DNA from: the human T2T-CHM13v2.0 reference genome, Homo sapiens | Strand: one strand, 5' to 3' | NCBI RefSeq assembly: GCF_009914755.1 | Contig: NC_060928.1 | DNA length: 64,000 bases | Program-made: the position numbers and the translations under genes | In this document: positions 25,797 to 40,998 of the stretch, one piece after another | Layout of the letters: each line of letters opens with the position of its first letter | Numbering within the stretch: position 1 is the first letter of the stretch | Notes under the pieces: generated by a model | Database searches by the model: none | What the model was told of the DNA's origin: nothing | The model's input: only the letters and a program-made list of their open reading frames with translations

Positions 25797-26167
25797 CAGT
25801 CAGCTCTCTGTATCTGTGGGTTCTGCATCCATAAATATAACCACCTGCAGGTCAAAAATTTCTGTGTGTATTGAACACATACAGACTATTTTTTTCTTGT
25901 TGTTATTCCCTAAACAACATTCCCTAAACTATTTTTTATGCATTTATACAAACTATTTATAACTACATAACATTTACATTGTATTAGGTATTACAAGTAA
26001 CAGAGGTGATTTAAAGTATACAGGAGCATTTGTGTAGGTTATGTGCAAATACGACACCATTTTATAACAGAGACTTGAGAATTTGTGGATTTTGGTATCC
26101 ATGGGGGTGGGATGGTGGGGAGGGTCCTGGAACCAATGCTTCCTGGGTATCAAGGGAGGGATGACTG
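25797..26167. mobile_element. MER2-like Tigger (TcMar) MITE
   Basis: TA|CAGTC...GACTG|TA terminal inverted repeats with a TA target duplication; internal GTATCTGTGGGTTCTGCATCC and GGTCCTGGAACCAAT motifs. Confidence 0.85.
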
Positions 26168-27302
26168 TACTGTACTAAACTTTACTCAGGAAAGCTGATA
26201 CTGCTCCTTTTGCTTTTCTTTTTTAAAACTAATTCTTGGTGGAATAATACATCCAAAATATTTTTATGTATTTTATTTAAAGATGACTATAACACATGAT
26301 GGATAATTATAAAGCAGTCTGTGGTTTTGTGAGATGGAATCACTTGCATGGACTGGAAGGAAACTAGTTCTATTAAATGCTGCAGCTCAGATACTATTTC
26401 TGGAAACAGATTGGTTCAAATAAGGCGGCTGCTTGTCTTTGAACAGAGTGACCTAGGACATCCGGAGTGATGGTGCCTGCCCAATACACGCTGGCTTGCA
26501 AGGTGGTGTGGGTGGGAGAGACAGGCTGCAGAAAAGCCCTGGAGAGAGCAGGGTCAGGAAGCCCTGAGGAGGAGAGGGACTGCGTGACAGATGGGAGTAG
26601 GGCACCGACCCAGCATCCTATCCTCATGCTCTCCGCATAAAAAAGCATTGCCCCAGGCAGTCTTTTGATAGCAAAGCCACTAGAAACATTCTAGGTGCCC
26701 CACAGGACGGGTTCACATGGGGCGCACAGCAGGGGGACGTAACCTCCACTGCAGGAGGGGGCAGTGTGCGCAGTGGTTGGGGGCATGCTGCTGGACATGA
26801 GGCTGACTGTCCTCGGGCAGGTGAACCTTCCCCAGCTCAGTTTCCTCACCTGTCAAAGTGAGATCCTCTCAGTCCCTACCTCACTGAGTTGTTGTGAACG
26901 CTAAAGAGAGTCAATGGGATGTGCTTGGAACAATGCCAGACACACCATGCATGCTAAGGAAGGATGAGCTGTTATTGTTACACATCGTATTTTTTAAGAG
27001 TATTTAATAAAATCAGCAAATGTGTATACTGTGATGTAAAGTGAAAATAAGACATATATACAACTATACAAACTGCATAATCCTTACTTTATAAAAATAA
27101 ATGGATAAAGCAAAAGGCTAAAATGTATGCTGGCAACTGAGGGCAGGTGTGAAGGCTGCCTGAGCCATCCCTGTATCTCCAGGGTTAGGTATACAATAGA
27201 AACTCAACAATGGGCAGAATGAATGATCCTCTGCCACTGAGTTGTGGGATGGGCTTCTCTCTTTTTTTTTTTTTTCAGGGCTTTTTCTTTTTCAGCTTTG
27301 GT

Positions 27303-27497
27303 TCTGAAATCAGACAGCCTTTCTGTAAGGGGCCATATTTTAGAGTTTGTCACCTGAGGTCTCTGTTATGTATTCTTGTTTGTGTATTTGATTTTTAAAA
27401 CTCTTTAAAAATGTAAAAAAACATTCTCAACTTGCAGGCCACATAAAAACAAGCTGGGTAAGATTGGGCTCATGGGTCCTTGTTTGCTGACCACTGC
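27303..27497 (+). mobile_element. MER58-like hAT MITE
   Basis: TTTCTGTAAGGGGCC...GCAGGCCACATAAAAACA...TTTGCTGACCACTG. Confidence 0.6.
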
Positions 27498-27544
27498 CTT
27501 AAGGTACTGTCGAAGCCTCCCTTATTGAGCATGTATTACGTTTA

Positions 27545-27862
<318 letters not shown>

Positions 27863-28039
27863 TTGTAACAGATTTAGGAAAGAATCAAAAGAGAGATAAT
27901 GGGATCATTTAGGAGCTGAATCACCGAACAGTGCATTCAATACATTCTTCCTAAGGGCTCGGCTCAAGGATGTGGGATGTTGAGCAGCACAGTCATAGAC
28001 TGGGCATTACAGGGCAGTGTCGGTGAGGGAGGCTGCAGT

Positions 28040-28458
28040 GGACTGAATGGTGACACTCCCACCCCCCAAAAAAGATATGCCTAGATCCTAACCTCAGGAC
28101 CTTATTTAGAATAAGGGTCTTTCCACATGAAATTAATTTAAGATCTTATGAGATCATCCTGGATTATTTAGGTGGGACCTAAATTCAATGACAAATGTCC
28201 TTATAAGAGACAGGAGATGAGAGGGTTACCAGGGAAAAGGCCACAGGAAGACAGAGCAAAGATTTAAGTGACGCAGTTACAACCCCAGGAACACCCGGAG
28301 CCACCAGAAGCTGAACCAAACATGGAAGGATCCTACTGACAACTAGATTTTGGATGTCTGGCCTCCAGAACTATTATATAACAGAAAAAATTTCTGTTGT
28401 TTTAAGCCACTAAATTTGTGGTGATTTATTATGGCAGCCACAGGAAACTAGGACAGGA
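28040..28458 (+). mobile_element. MaLR LTR (MLT1-like)
   Basis: TTTCTGTTGTTTTAAGCCACTAAATTTGTGGTGATTTATTATGGCAGCCACAGGAAACTA end. Confidence 0.75.
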
Positions 28459-29456
28459 GAACCTAAAATGAGATGGTTCTGAAGGCAAGGGAGGCCCCAG
28501 GAGCAAGGGAGCAGGTGCAGGCAGGACAGCGAGGACCTTGCCCCTTTTCTTTACTGCTCATCCCCTGTCTGACCACAGATGACCATCTGTGAGTCACGAG
28601 TTGTTAACAAGAGAGCTGCTTATTTGCTCCCAGGGGCATCCATAGATGGCCACAGTCTGCGGAAGGGAAGCCGAGTTCAGAAGCTTGTTCTTAAGTAGTT
28701 GGAAGCCCTCCCTAGGGGAGTAGATGTTCAGAAGAGGATATGCAGACTCAGGTCACATGAAATGAATAAGCCATTTCTTTCACATAGGAAAACAGAAATC
28801 AGGTTTGATTTGGTATATTCAGGAAAAACTCTAGTTCTTTCAAGGCAGCAACTGACACAACTTTTGGAAAAACAAGAGCTGATTTCTGAGCAATCTAGGC
28901 CAGCCCTGGCAAGGCTGACCTATGAGAACTCCAACTGAGCACTGTGAGCTGAGAGCCTTCTGCAGCCCATGGGCGCCAGGCAGCTGCTTTTCCTACATTG
29001 CTTCTCCCACCCACCCTGAGAGGTGGCTTGCCATTAGACTTGCAGTGCCTAATTAAGGCCTTCAGGAGCAGAGATGGAATGTACTAGACTGTGAGTTCAG
29101 GTTTTTCTGACTCTAGAGCCTGTGCTGGAGAGAACTGTAACCTAACAGGCTATATAGTCCAGAGGGGGACACGTGGACTCTGACATCACAACTTTCTGTG
29201 AACCATGCCCTCTACAGACGTGCTCTGCTATGAGTGAAGCCTTTCTTCTCTACCCATGAATTCTACAGCATTGTGAACATACCTCTATTATAACATGACT
29301 GAATAATGTCTCATTTTTTACGTGAACTGATTTTTTTATAAGATTATGAACTTCTTGAATGGAAGAACCATGTCTCATTGTTCCCTATACCTTCACTGCC
29401 TAGCCCAGTGCCTGAGAGACAGTAAGTAATCAACACATTTTTGCTAAATGAATTCT

Positions 29457-29911
29457 GGATGGATGGATGGGTGGATGAGTGATAATGGGCAGATGGGTGG
29501 ACGGGTAGATGGAGGGGAAGCATGGGTGAATGGGTAAATGGATGAGTGGATGGGTAGAAGGCTAGATGGGGAATAAGTGGATGGGTAAATTGTTGGATGG
29601 GTGATGGGTGGCATGGATGGGAGGGTGGATAAATGAGTAGGTGGATGAACAGACAGATGGATGTGTAGATGGACAGATGGGTGAATGAGTAGGTGGATGA
29701 ATGGATAGGTGCACAGATGATTGGATGAGTGGGTGGATGGATGAGTGGGTGAATGGGTAGATGGGTGGATGGACAGATGATGATGGATGGACGGTGGGAA
29801 TGGTTGGATGAATGAATGGAAGGATGAATAGATGAATGAGTGGGTGGTTGGATGGATGATGGGTAGATGGATGGAGGAGGCAAATGGGCAGATGAGTGGG
29901 TAGATGGATAA
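29457..29911. repeat. Degenerate (TGGA)n tract
   Basis: GGAT/GGGT/GAAT tetramers over about 450 bp. Confidence 0.93.
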
Positions 29912-29967
29912 ATGACAAATCCCTGAGAGAAAGGGAAGTGAACGCCTTCCTTTCAGACCTGTCTTAC

Positions 29968-30292
29968 CCTCTCACCAGCACGTTTCAGCAACTCTTCTGC
30001 TTCCTCCATTGCCATCATCTCTCTCTGGTACTGGTTTTCCATCTTCTTTCTTGTTTCCAGGTCACATTCAGCTGTCAATGCCACCATCTTCCGATCGTAC
30101 TCCTCTTGTATTTCATTTTCCAGCAATAGAAACTGCTTTTTGAAAACAGCACTCATTTTTCTCTCTACTTGGGGTGAGAGGTGGCCACTGCTGGTGAGAT
30201 TTTTCAGCAGAAGGGCAATGATATCCTTGCTGATTTGTGTTCGACAAGCCTCCAGATCTGCATCTGCCCGATTCAGGGTTGCAATCTCCAAC
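29968..30292 (-). CDS. EVC2: EVC2 coding exon 10 (325 nt, phase 2/0)
   Basis: TAG|G TTG GAG ATT...GAG AGG|GTAAGA; LEIATLNRADADLEACRTQISKDII...EEAEELLKRAGER (inside ORF 29953..30348). Phase is continuous with exon 9. Confidence 0.97.
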
Positions 30293-30639
30293 CTAGGAAA
30301 CACAAAAATCAAAAGAATTCCATTACATGAAATTGCAACAGAAACCAAAGGTCTTTCAAAGCTCTGAGGTTTTCATTTATGTGTAGGCAAGGGCTTTCTT
30401 CGTCTTCCTTTTCTTCCTTTCCCCGCTCACTTCTGCTTCATCCAGTTATTGAAGGCCATTAGCTGACTCTTACTTAGTAAATCTGTAAGGTACCATGTGA
30501 TGTACAAAAAAGAATATAATCAATATAAGACATGTTTCTGTCAACAAGTAACAAGTCAGCAACAACAAGGAAACCAAGGGAAAAATGGATAGCTAATATA
30601 TTTGAAGGATTTAAAAATAAAGTTTATTTTACTTTTCTT

Positions 30640-31100
30640 CCCATTAAAAATCAATTTATGGACATGACTAGTACATGTAATGTCATATCCTGGACGGAAT
30701 CCCAGAGCAAAAAAAAGGACATTAGATTAAAAACTATGAAAATCTGAATAAAGCATGGACTTTGATAACAACTGATACATAATCACACTGTATCAACGTT
30801 GATTTGTTAATTTTAACAAATGTAACATACTAACAGAAAATGTTAATAATAGGGGAACCTGGGTTCAGGATACATGGGAATTATCTGTATTATCTTCTCA
30901 ATTTTTTTGTAAATCCGAAACTGCTCTAAAAATAAAGTCTACTTGAAAATGCGAGGTAGTTCGCAGAGTCACGGTGTTCTGAAACCTGACTGGCGGTAGT
31001 TGTAAAACTGTATATACTTCCAGTAACACATCAGACTGTACCCTTAAACTGTGTGAATTTTATGATATGTTAATCATACCTCTATAAAGCGAAGGAAAGC
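30640..31100 (+). mobile_element. Old L1M (L1MC-like) 3' UTR fragment
   Basis: AAAATCTGAATAAAGCATGGACTTT...GGGAATTATCTGTATTATCTTCTCAATTTTT. A similar fragment lies at about 43040-43270. Confidence 0.65.
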
Positions 31101-31217
31101 TACATAGAAAAAAATTAATTTATGTTATGGTAAAAATACATCTGAAAACAAAGACAAATAAAAAAAGGATTCATTCACTGTGAATCCACCATTCAATCAG
31201 AACTAATGAAGGCATTT

Positions 31218-31706
31218 AGTTATTTTATTATTATTTTTTATTTTACCTTAAGTTCTGGGATACATGTGCTGAACGTGCAGGTTTGTTACACAGGTTTACA
31301 TGTGCCATGGTGGTTGCTGCACCTATCAACCCGATATCTAGGTTTTAAGCTCCTCAGGCATTAACTATTTGTCTTAATGCTCTTCCTCCCCTTGCCTCTT
31401 ACCCCCTGACAGGCCCTGGTGTGTGATGTTCCCCTCCCTGTGTCCATATGTTCTCATTGTTCAACTCCCACTTATGAGTGAGAACATGCAGTGTTTGGTT
31501 TTCTGTTCCTGTGTTAGTTTGCTAAGAGTTTCCAGCTTCATCCATGTCCCTGCAAAGCATATGAACTCATTATTTTTTATGGCTGCACAGTATTCCATAG
31601 TGTACCAATGCCACATTTTCTTTATCCAGTCTATCATCGATGGGCATTTGGGTTGGTTCCAAGTCCTTGCTATTGTAAATAGTGCTGCACGTCTTTATAG
31701 TAGAAG
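31218..31706 (-). mobile_element. 5'-truncated L1PA 3' end
   Basis: Reverse L1PA 3' UTR (TTAAGTTCTGGGATACATGTGCTGAACGTGCAGGTTTG...) flanked by a 28-bp imperfect direct repeat. Confidence 0.9.
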
Positions 31707-32551
31707 GTCATCATTCAATTAGAATTAATGAAGACATTTTGTCATATTTTCTTCCAGCCTTTTTTCTATGCATATTTTTTTCATAAATGTCCACTATTTA
31801 CACAGATGCATGCAAGTACAATTTTATCCTCTTTTTTTCCCCAATTAACATGGTTATAGGTATCTTCCAGTGGTATTTAACAACTAAATGCTTCTTTATA
31901 AGGGTTGCAAAATATTTTATCATGTGATAGACCACCATTCAATGACTATTCTTCTATTGTTGCACATTTGGATTACTTGCAAATTACAAAATCCAAAACA
32001 ATCCTGAAGTGAATCACTTTTTACAGAGCTCTAGATACTCACAATAATTTCCTCAGTACAGATTCCCATGAGAGGAACTGCTGGGTCAGATGTCAGCGAC
32101 ATCCTTAAGTCTCCTGGCACATCCAGACAAACTGCTTTCCAGAAGAGACCCCCAGCCATACACCAGGATCCTCACATTTAGCCCCACCCTCCACCATGTC
32201 AAACATCTTTGATAATTTGATTTGGTGTATGATTGTAAAAATACAAGGGTTTTAAGAAAACTATTATAAAATTTGCAAGGGCTTAAGTATATGACTTCCA
32301 CATTAACCAGGTTCAAAACTTGTCAATATTGACCAATCTTGTTTTCTCTACTGCCTTTAATGTTTGAGCAATTTAAAGCAAATATCAGATCTGTCATTTT
32401 ACCCATGAACACCTCACTGAGCATCTTTAACTGTCAAGGAGTCATACGCAGACAGACCGATCAACAGACAGACAGATGTGTGTATGTCTATCTAACGAGT
32501 TAACTTGTCTACATGAATATGTACATGCATATCTACTTTACTTAACCTTGT

Positions 32552-33388
<837 letters not shown>

Positions 33389-33757
33389 CTAGTTACCTGT
33401 CATTATTCAGACTACCTCAAGTGTCTCAAAATGTCTTTTTACAATTGAACATTTAATTCAAGAACCAAACAAAATCCCATAATGCCAGTTAAGTTTCCTT
33501 TATTCTAGAACATTCTGGCCTTCTATCTTTCCTTCTACAGCATTGATGTGTTAGGGAAGTCAGGCCACCATCCTGCAGAATGTCCCATGTTCTGGATTTG
33601 GCCAGTGGCTTCCATGGGTGTCACCGTACCTCTCTCTATCCTCTGTATTTCCTGTAAACTAACAGATCTAAGATCTTCATTCAATTTGTTTTCCTTCTTT
33701 TTTTGAGTGACCTTTAAAAATTGAGACAAAATATACATATATAATTTACCATCTTTT

Positions 33758-34056
<299 letters not shown>

Positions 34057-34703
34057 ACCATCTTTTCTTTAAGCGTGCAGTTCAGTGGTAATAAATATCT
34101 TTTATTTATATTCTTGTTTTCCTTCGTCTAAACCTACCCCTTCCCATACCTGGGCTCCAGTAACCACTATTCTATTCTGTATCTTCACAAGGTCCACTTT
34201 TTTAGCTCTCACATATGAGTGAGAACATGTCATATTTGTCTTTCTGTGACTGGCTTATTTCACCTGACATAATGACCACTAGGTCCATCCATGTTGCTTC
34301 AAATAATAGGAATTTGATCTTTTTTATGGTTGAAAAACATTCCATTGTGTATTTATACCATATTTTCTTTATTCATCTGTTGATGGGCACTTAGGTTGAT
34401 TTCACATTTTGGCTACTGTAAATAGTGCTGTGATAAACATGAGAATGCAGATATCTCTTCGATATATTGATTTCCTTTCTTTTGGACATATACCCAGTAG
34501 TGGAATGGCTGGATCACATGTTGGTTCTATTTTTAGTTTTTGAGGATTCCCCCATAATGGTACTATATTCATACTGTGTGCTTCCTTTACGGCCATACTA
34601 TAAGGTAAGGCTAGCGTGAATCCATAGGTTCAAGTGGTGCCAACATGATCCCTGCATTATATTTCCCATCAACCGTGCATCTAATGATTTTAACATCCAC
34701 CTC

Positions 34704-35862
<1,159 letters not shown>

Positions 35863-36270
35863 TTGGGAGACCGAGGGAGGTGGATCAAATGAACTAAACA
35901 ATCAACTGTTACCTAGATCCATGATTTCATTAGGGGTTTCAAAATGCACATTGTCTATCATTTCTTCTGCATTTTTTAAGCTGAAATTCTTCAAAAAAGA
36001 ACTTTCATCAACAATTCTGTTACTCTGACATAAAGTTCATAGAGATGTATAATTATTTCTCTTGTATTTTATCAATTTTCTAATTAAAGGGTTGGTGTCA
36101 TAGTAACCTTCAATGGTGAATAATGAGTTTGGGTTTGTTTGTTTATCAGCTTGTTTCGTTATGTTTTAGCATGAGGCCAAAGGTTTACAAAACTTTTCTC
36201 AGCTTCCTGAGAATCTGAGCTTTAGTTAACTCTTACTCAGAAACCTACTAAGAGGATGAACATCAAATAG

Positions 36271-36283
36271 GTTACCAGGCAAC
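36271..36283. promoter_or_regulatory. Candidate RFX X-box
   Basis: GTTACC-A-GGCAAC fits the X-box consensus GTNRCC(N0-3)RGYAAC. Motif match only. Confidence 0.35.
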
Positions 36284-37149
36284 ATGGCTTATGGTAAAAA
36301 TAATGCCAGATTGGTAAATTACAAATGGATGGGAAGACTGGTAAGTAAATTAAATACCTAACAGGGATGCCATACTTTGTACCTCCCTGAGGAAAATGAC
36401 TCTTGGAACTGGGCATATACCTTGCGGGAACCTTGGAAGCTATGTCTGTGAGTTGTTACAAGAGATATTGCCACCTGTGGGGTAGAAATATTTTAAGCCA
36501 GAAAGACTCCTGCAACTGCTTGATATGGATTGCATCTCCCTGCACCTGACCTGTGTCACCTGGGAGGAAAATGCCCCCCCAGACAGTGGTGTAGGCTGTT
36601 GTGTGACCTGTGGCGAGGATACCCACAGGGGAATAATGCTGTCCTCACAGCAAGCGGTGCTGCAGCCCCTCAAGCCTTCTGGGTAGATGAGGCCACGTGT
36701 GCCCTGTAAGAGTCCTGTGAGTCCAAATGTGTAGCTGAACCTAGGAAGACCCCTGCCTCTGCATAGTGTCACTATGAAATGGAAGATTTTTATATATTTG
36801 GTAGGTTTTGATCAACTGCGGTCTTTATTCTTTTTGATGCTCGAATTTTACCATCTTAGATTAAAATAGCTTCCGTCCCCTTAAGACACAACTTAGCCTA
36901 GTTTTAAACAACAGCTCATTCATTTGCTTCTTTCATTTTCTCAAAAAGTGCTTATTGAACATGTGTCTATGCAACGAGCGCTTTGCAGGTTACAAAGCAA
37001 GAAAGAAACACAAGAGCTGCCTCAAAGCAGTGTGTGTATGGCTAAATGTCAAATGAACTAAACAATCAATGTTGTACAAGCTCAGAAAACAAAATCCCTT
37101 CTCTACTCTGAGACAGACAGAATGGATTTCACATCTTAAACGAAGCCTT

Positions 37150-37810
37150 ATGTGGCAGGGAGGACAGTGCCCCCGCAAAGACATTCACAGCCTAATCCCC
37201 AGAACTGCAAACACGTTAGGTTTCATGGCAAAGGGGAATTAAGGCTACTCATCAGCTGACCTTAAGATTGAGATCAAGAACAAGGCCTTTTAAAATAGGA
37301 AAACAGGCAGAAGAGGGGTCAGAGTTGGAGAACGCCCTGTGGCGAAGGAAGCCGACATAGGAGTGATGACACCAGCTTTGGAGATAGAAGAAGGGGTCCC
37401 AAGTCAGTGAATGTAGGCAGCAGCCTCAAGAAGCCGGAAAAGGCCAGGAAGGGAACGTCCCCTAAAGCTGACGTCTTTTTTTTTAATTGACAAGTAACAG
37501 ATGTATACATTTTCTGGGCCCATGTGATAATTTAATACATTCATTTAATGTGCAAAGATCTAATCAGGTTAATTGGGATAGCCATCACCTTAAATATTTG
37601 TCTTTTCTTTATGCTAGAAACATCAGAATTCTTCCCTTCTAGCTATTCTGAAATGTGCAATAGATTATTGTAAATGATAGCCACCCCACTGATCTATCTA
37701 GAGCTGACATCTTGATTTTTACCTGGTCAGACCTGTATCGGAGTTTGACCTCCAGAACTCTAAGATTCATATTGTGGTAATTTGTTACAGCTGAATAGGA
37801 AACTAACACA
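37150..37810 (+). mobile_element. MLT1-like LTR interrupted by a short L1M 3' fragment (about 37475-37695)
   Basis: TGTGGCAGG...CTAATCCCCAGAAC...TGGTAATTTGTTACAGC...GGAAACTAACACA. Confidence 0.65.
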
Positions 37811-40055
37811 CCTTACTTGACCACTCCATCCATCATTCATTAATTCATTAAGTTACATGAGCAAATGTTATGGCTGCTTGTGTTGGGAAAATGGCAGGTG
37901 CTGTACCAGGTGCTTTACCGGTGGTTTGCTGTGAAAGCACCTGCTAGCTAAGGGGCCTGGATAAAGAATTTAGTTTCCACACCAGCACAATGAGGACCAC
38001 CCTCATAGGTTGTTGTTCAGAGTTAAAGAAGAGAAGAAACAGAAGGCACACAGCACAGTCTGGCATTTTGTTGGTTCTAAATAATAATAGTTTCCTCATT
38101 CTTGGTTCTTCCCTCTCACAGAAGATTGGCTGCAGAATAGAGTCAGGGCCCACAGCTCACCTTCCCAGTTGCCTGGGAAGACAGTCCCAGAGGCACTCTT
38201 TATTGTAACAGTTTTAATGTTAATCACTATAGATAATCTGTCAGAAGAGATGATGATAAAAACTGTCAGGGTGTTCCAAAGCCACAAAGACAAGAAAATG
38301 TCCCTCTACGTCGATTAAAATACCATGCCACTAATGAAGCCAACTCTCATCCTTTAATTTCCCAAAGGGCTGCAAGAGAGGAAAACAAATACTAAGAATT
38401 CTTCATTTCCATACAGGATCAGGTCCACTGGTGAAGACTTAAATTTTCATTGCCCTCTATGGCATTGTGCCATTTTTAATTATTCAGACAACAATGAAAT
38501 ACACGTATTTTTCCATTCCCCTGAAAGTCCCTAACAATCCCATGAGGCGGACAGAGACATTTTGGGTTACACATGCTGGGCTCTGAGTCTGGGGCATCTT
38601 TACTACCTCAACAGCTCGGCAAAGTTAGCAGGATTCACCCACTGCCTTCCCAGGAACATTTGTTTTTTTGAGGTCACAAAAATGTCATCTTGTCACTGTG
38701 CTTCAAAGATGAACATATTTTCTCTGGCCAGTTTTGCTACATATGCAAACTGTACAAGTGATATTCCTCTTGGAAGTGACTGGAGTTTAGAACCACGCCC
38801 AGCACACAGGAAGCACTTACTAAATGTAAGCTATTAAAACTTGCCAATGATAACATCTTTCAAGGGAAACAGTACCGCTTAAATTATCCAAAAACTGATT
38901 AATATTTTGATTAGCTACTAATGATAAAAAAAGAGAGAAGATGACATTAATTCTTCTTTCTTTCTTCTTATTTCACATAAAAATTAATCAAGTTCTCACC
39001 AAATGGCAAGCAAGGTGTCAGAACAAAATTAGGATAGAATTTGACACACATGCAGCAAATGTTGTCCAGAAAGTGAAGGAGGACTCATTAATCAACATGG
39101 TGGATAATTAATTCAGAAGGAAAATGAAATCACCACAGCCATTTTTTACAATATAAATCTGGCATCTTCAAGGTAGCAGGTGTAAGCACAATAGACCCCC
39201 AAAACCTATTCAATACGAGTGAAACTGAAATTTTCCTCATCAGAAGCTAATTCCAATGGACAGATAATACTGCAAGATTCCTCTCTGGGACCATCAATCA
39301 TGTTTATAAACTATCCATTTGAAGGCATAGACAATGGAAATTTGGGGAGAAAAATACCTCCTGAGTATATTTGCTGTCCAAATTGTAATGAGAGGTTAAA
39401 TGAGAGTAAAAATAGTCACCTACATGAGCAAAACACCAATAAGACTTATGACAAACCATTAAATTTCTAGTTGGGTAAAACCTAGACTGCAAGGTACAAG
39501 AGGTCAGCAGTTTGCATCTTTCTTCGCTGACAATTTTGCTCTTAAAGATTTCTATGTTTAGAAGTGGGATTGGGCCTTCCCTCTCCAGGCCTCGAGCTAC
39601 TCCTTAAAGGGGGCAAAGATGCAGACAGATGCCACTAACTCTTCCTTCCTGGGATTTCCATATTACTGCCCACTCCCTACTCCACCCACTGGCCAGACTA
39701 TGACAGAAGGCTCAGCCCTGGAAGAGGCAAAAAGGGGAAGTAGGACTACCTCTCTCTGCCTCAAATCCTCCCTGTCCTTCCTGCGCTTCCCTCCTAACCC
39801 TCTTTCACACATATCCTAATCAACTTTTCCTGGGTGATATTTCATTATGTTTGGAAGCATGGGCTTGGAAGTCACATTAACTTAGCTTCTAATATCAGCT
39901 TTACCCCTCAGGAACCACATGAGCTCAGATGGTTTATTCGTATCTCTGAGCCTAGTTTCCCTGTTGGCTATGTGAGAATATTATCACCTACATCAAACGA
40001 AAGTCACTGAGAGGATTAGCAATAGTGCCTCTTACGATCAGGCTTTGTTTTAATC

Positions 40056-40058
<3 letters not shown>

Positions 40059-40124
<66 letters not shown>
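40059..40124. repeat. Compound microsatellite (AT)17(AG)16
   Basis: Counted directly from the sequence. Confidence 0.95.
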
Positions 40125-40126
<2 letters not shown>

Positions 40127-40476
40127 ATTTAATCATCACAAAAAAATCCTATAAGGTAGGTGATTAACATCTCTCTTACAGGTAAAGAAACTGAGGCATA
40201 GAAAAATTAAAATACCTTTTTCAAAGTCATATAACTATTAAATGACAGAACTGGGATTTGAACTCATGACATGTTTCTCCAGAGTCCTTGCTGTACCATC
40301 TGTCCTACTGTCTCAAAACGGCACACACGAAGCACTTAGCCCAGTCTCTGGCACAGAACAGATGCTGGAAAATGTGACTTCTCATTGTTGTTGCTGCTGT
40401 TATGTCTGTCATGTCTTTCTTGATATCATTTTTTACAGCACAGAAAAGAAGATGCAGGGGAAACATGATAAACACG

Positions 40477-40998
40477 TGGATGGATGGGTGGATGGCTGCA
40501 TGGGTGAATGGACAGATGGACAGATGGGTGAAGGGCTAGATGGAAGAATGGATGAATGGATAGACGACAGACGGAGGGATAGATGAATGAATGGATGATG
40601 GATGTATGAATGGAGGAATGCACGGGTAGGCGAATAGATGGGTCGATAGATGGCTAGCTGGCTGGATGGAAGATTGGATGGGTAGATGAAGTATGGATGA
40701 TAGATGGGTGGGTGGATGGATATGCAGATGGATGGATGATAGGTGGACAGATGGGTGAATGGGCAAATTGATAGATGGGCAGATAGGTGGATGAGTAGAT
40801 AGGATGGATGAATAGATGAATGAAAGAATGGGTGGGTGAAAAAGATGGGTGGAAGGACAGATGAGTAAATGGATGATGGATGGCGGAATGAGTAGGTGTA
40901 TGGGTGCATGGGTAGGTGGAAGAACAAGTGAATGGGTGGGTGGGTAGATGGATGGATGGATTAGTGGATGAATGAATGACTGATAGGTAGGTAGATAG
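40477..40998. repeat. Degenerate (TGGA)n tract
   Basis: About 520 bp of GGAT/GGGT/AGAT tetramers. Confidence 0.93.

Noticed and set aside
29344-29918. His/Pro/Ser/Ile-rich ORFs (also at 40426-41064)
   Set aside because: They are translations of (TCCA)n repeats.
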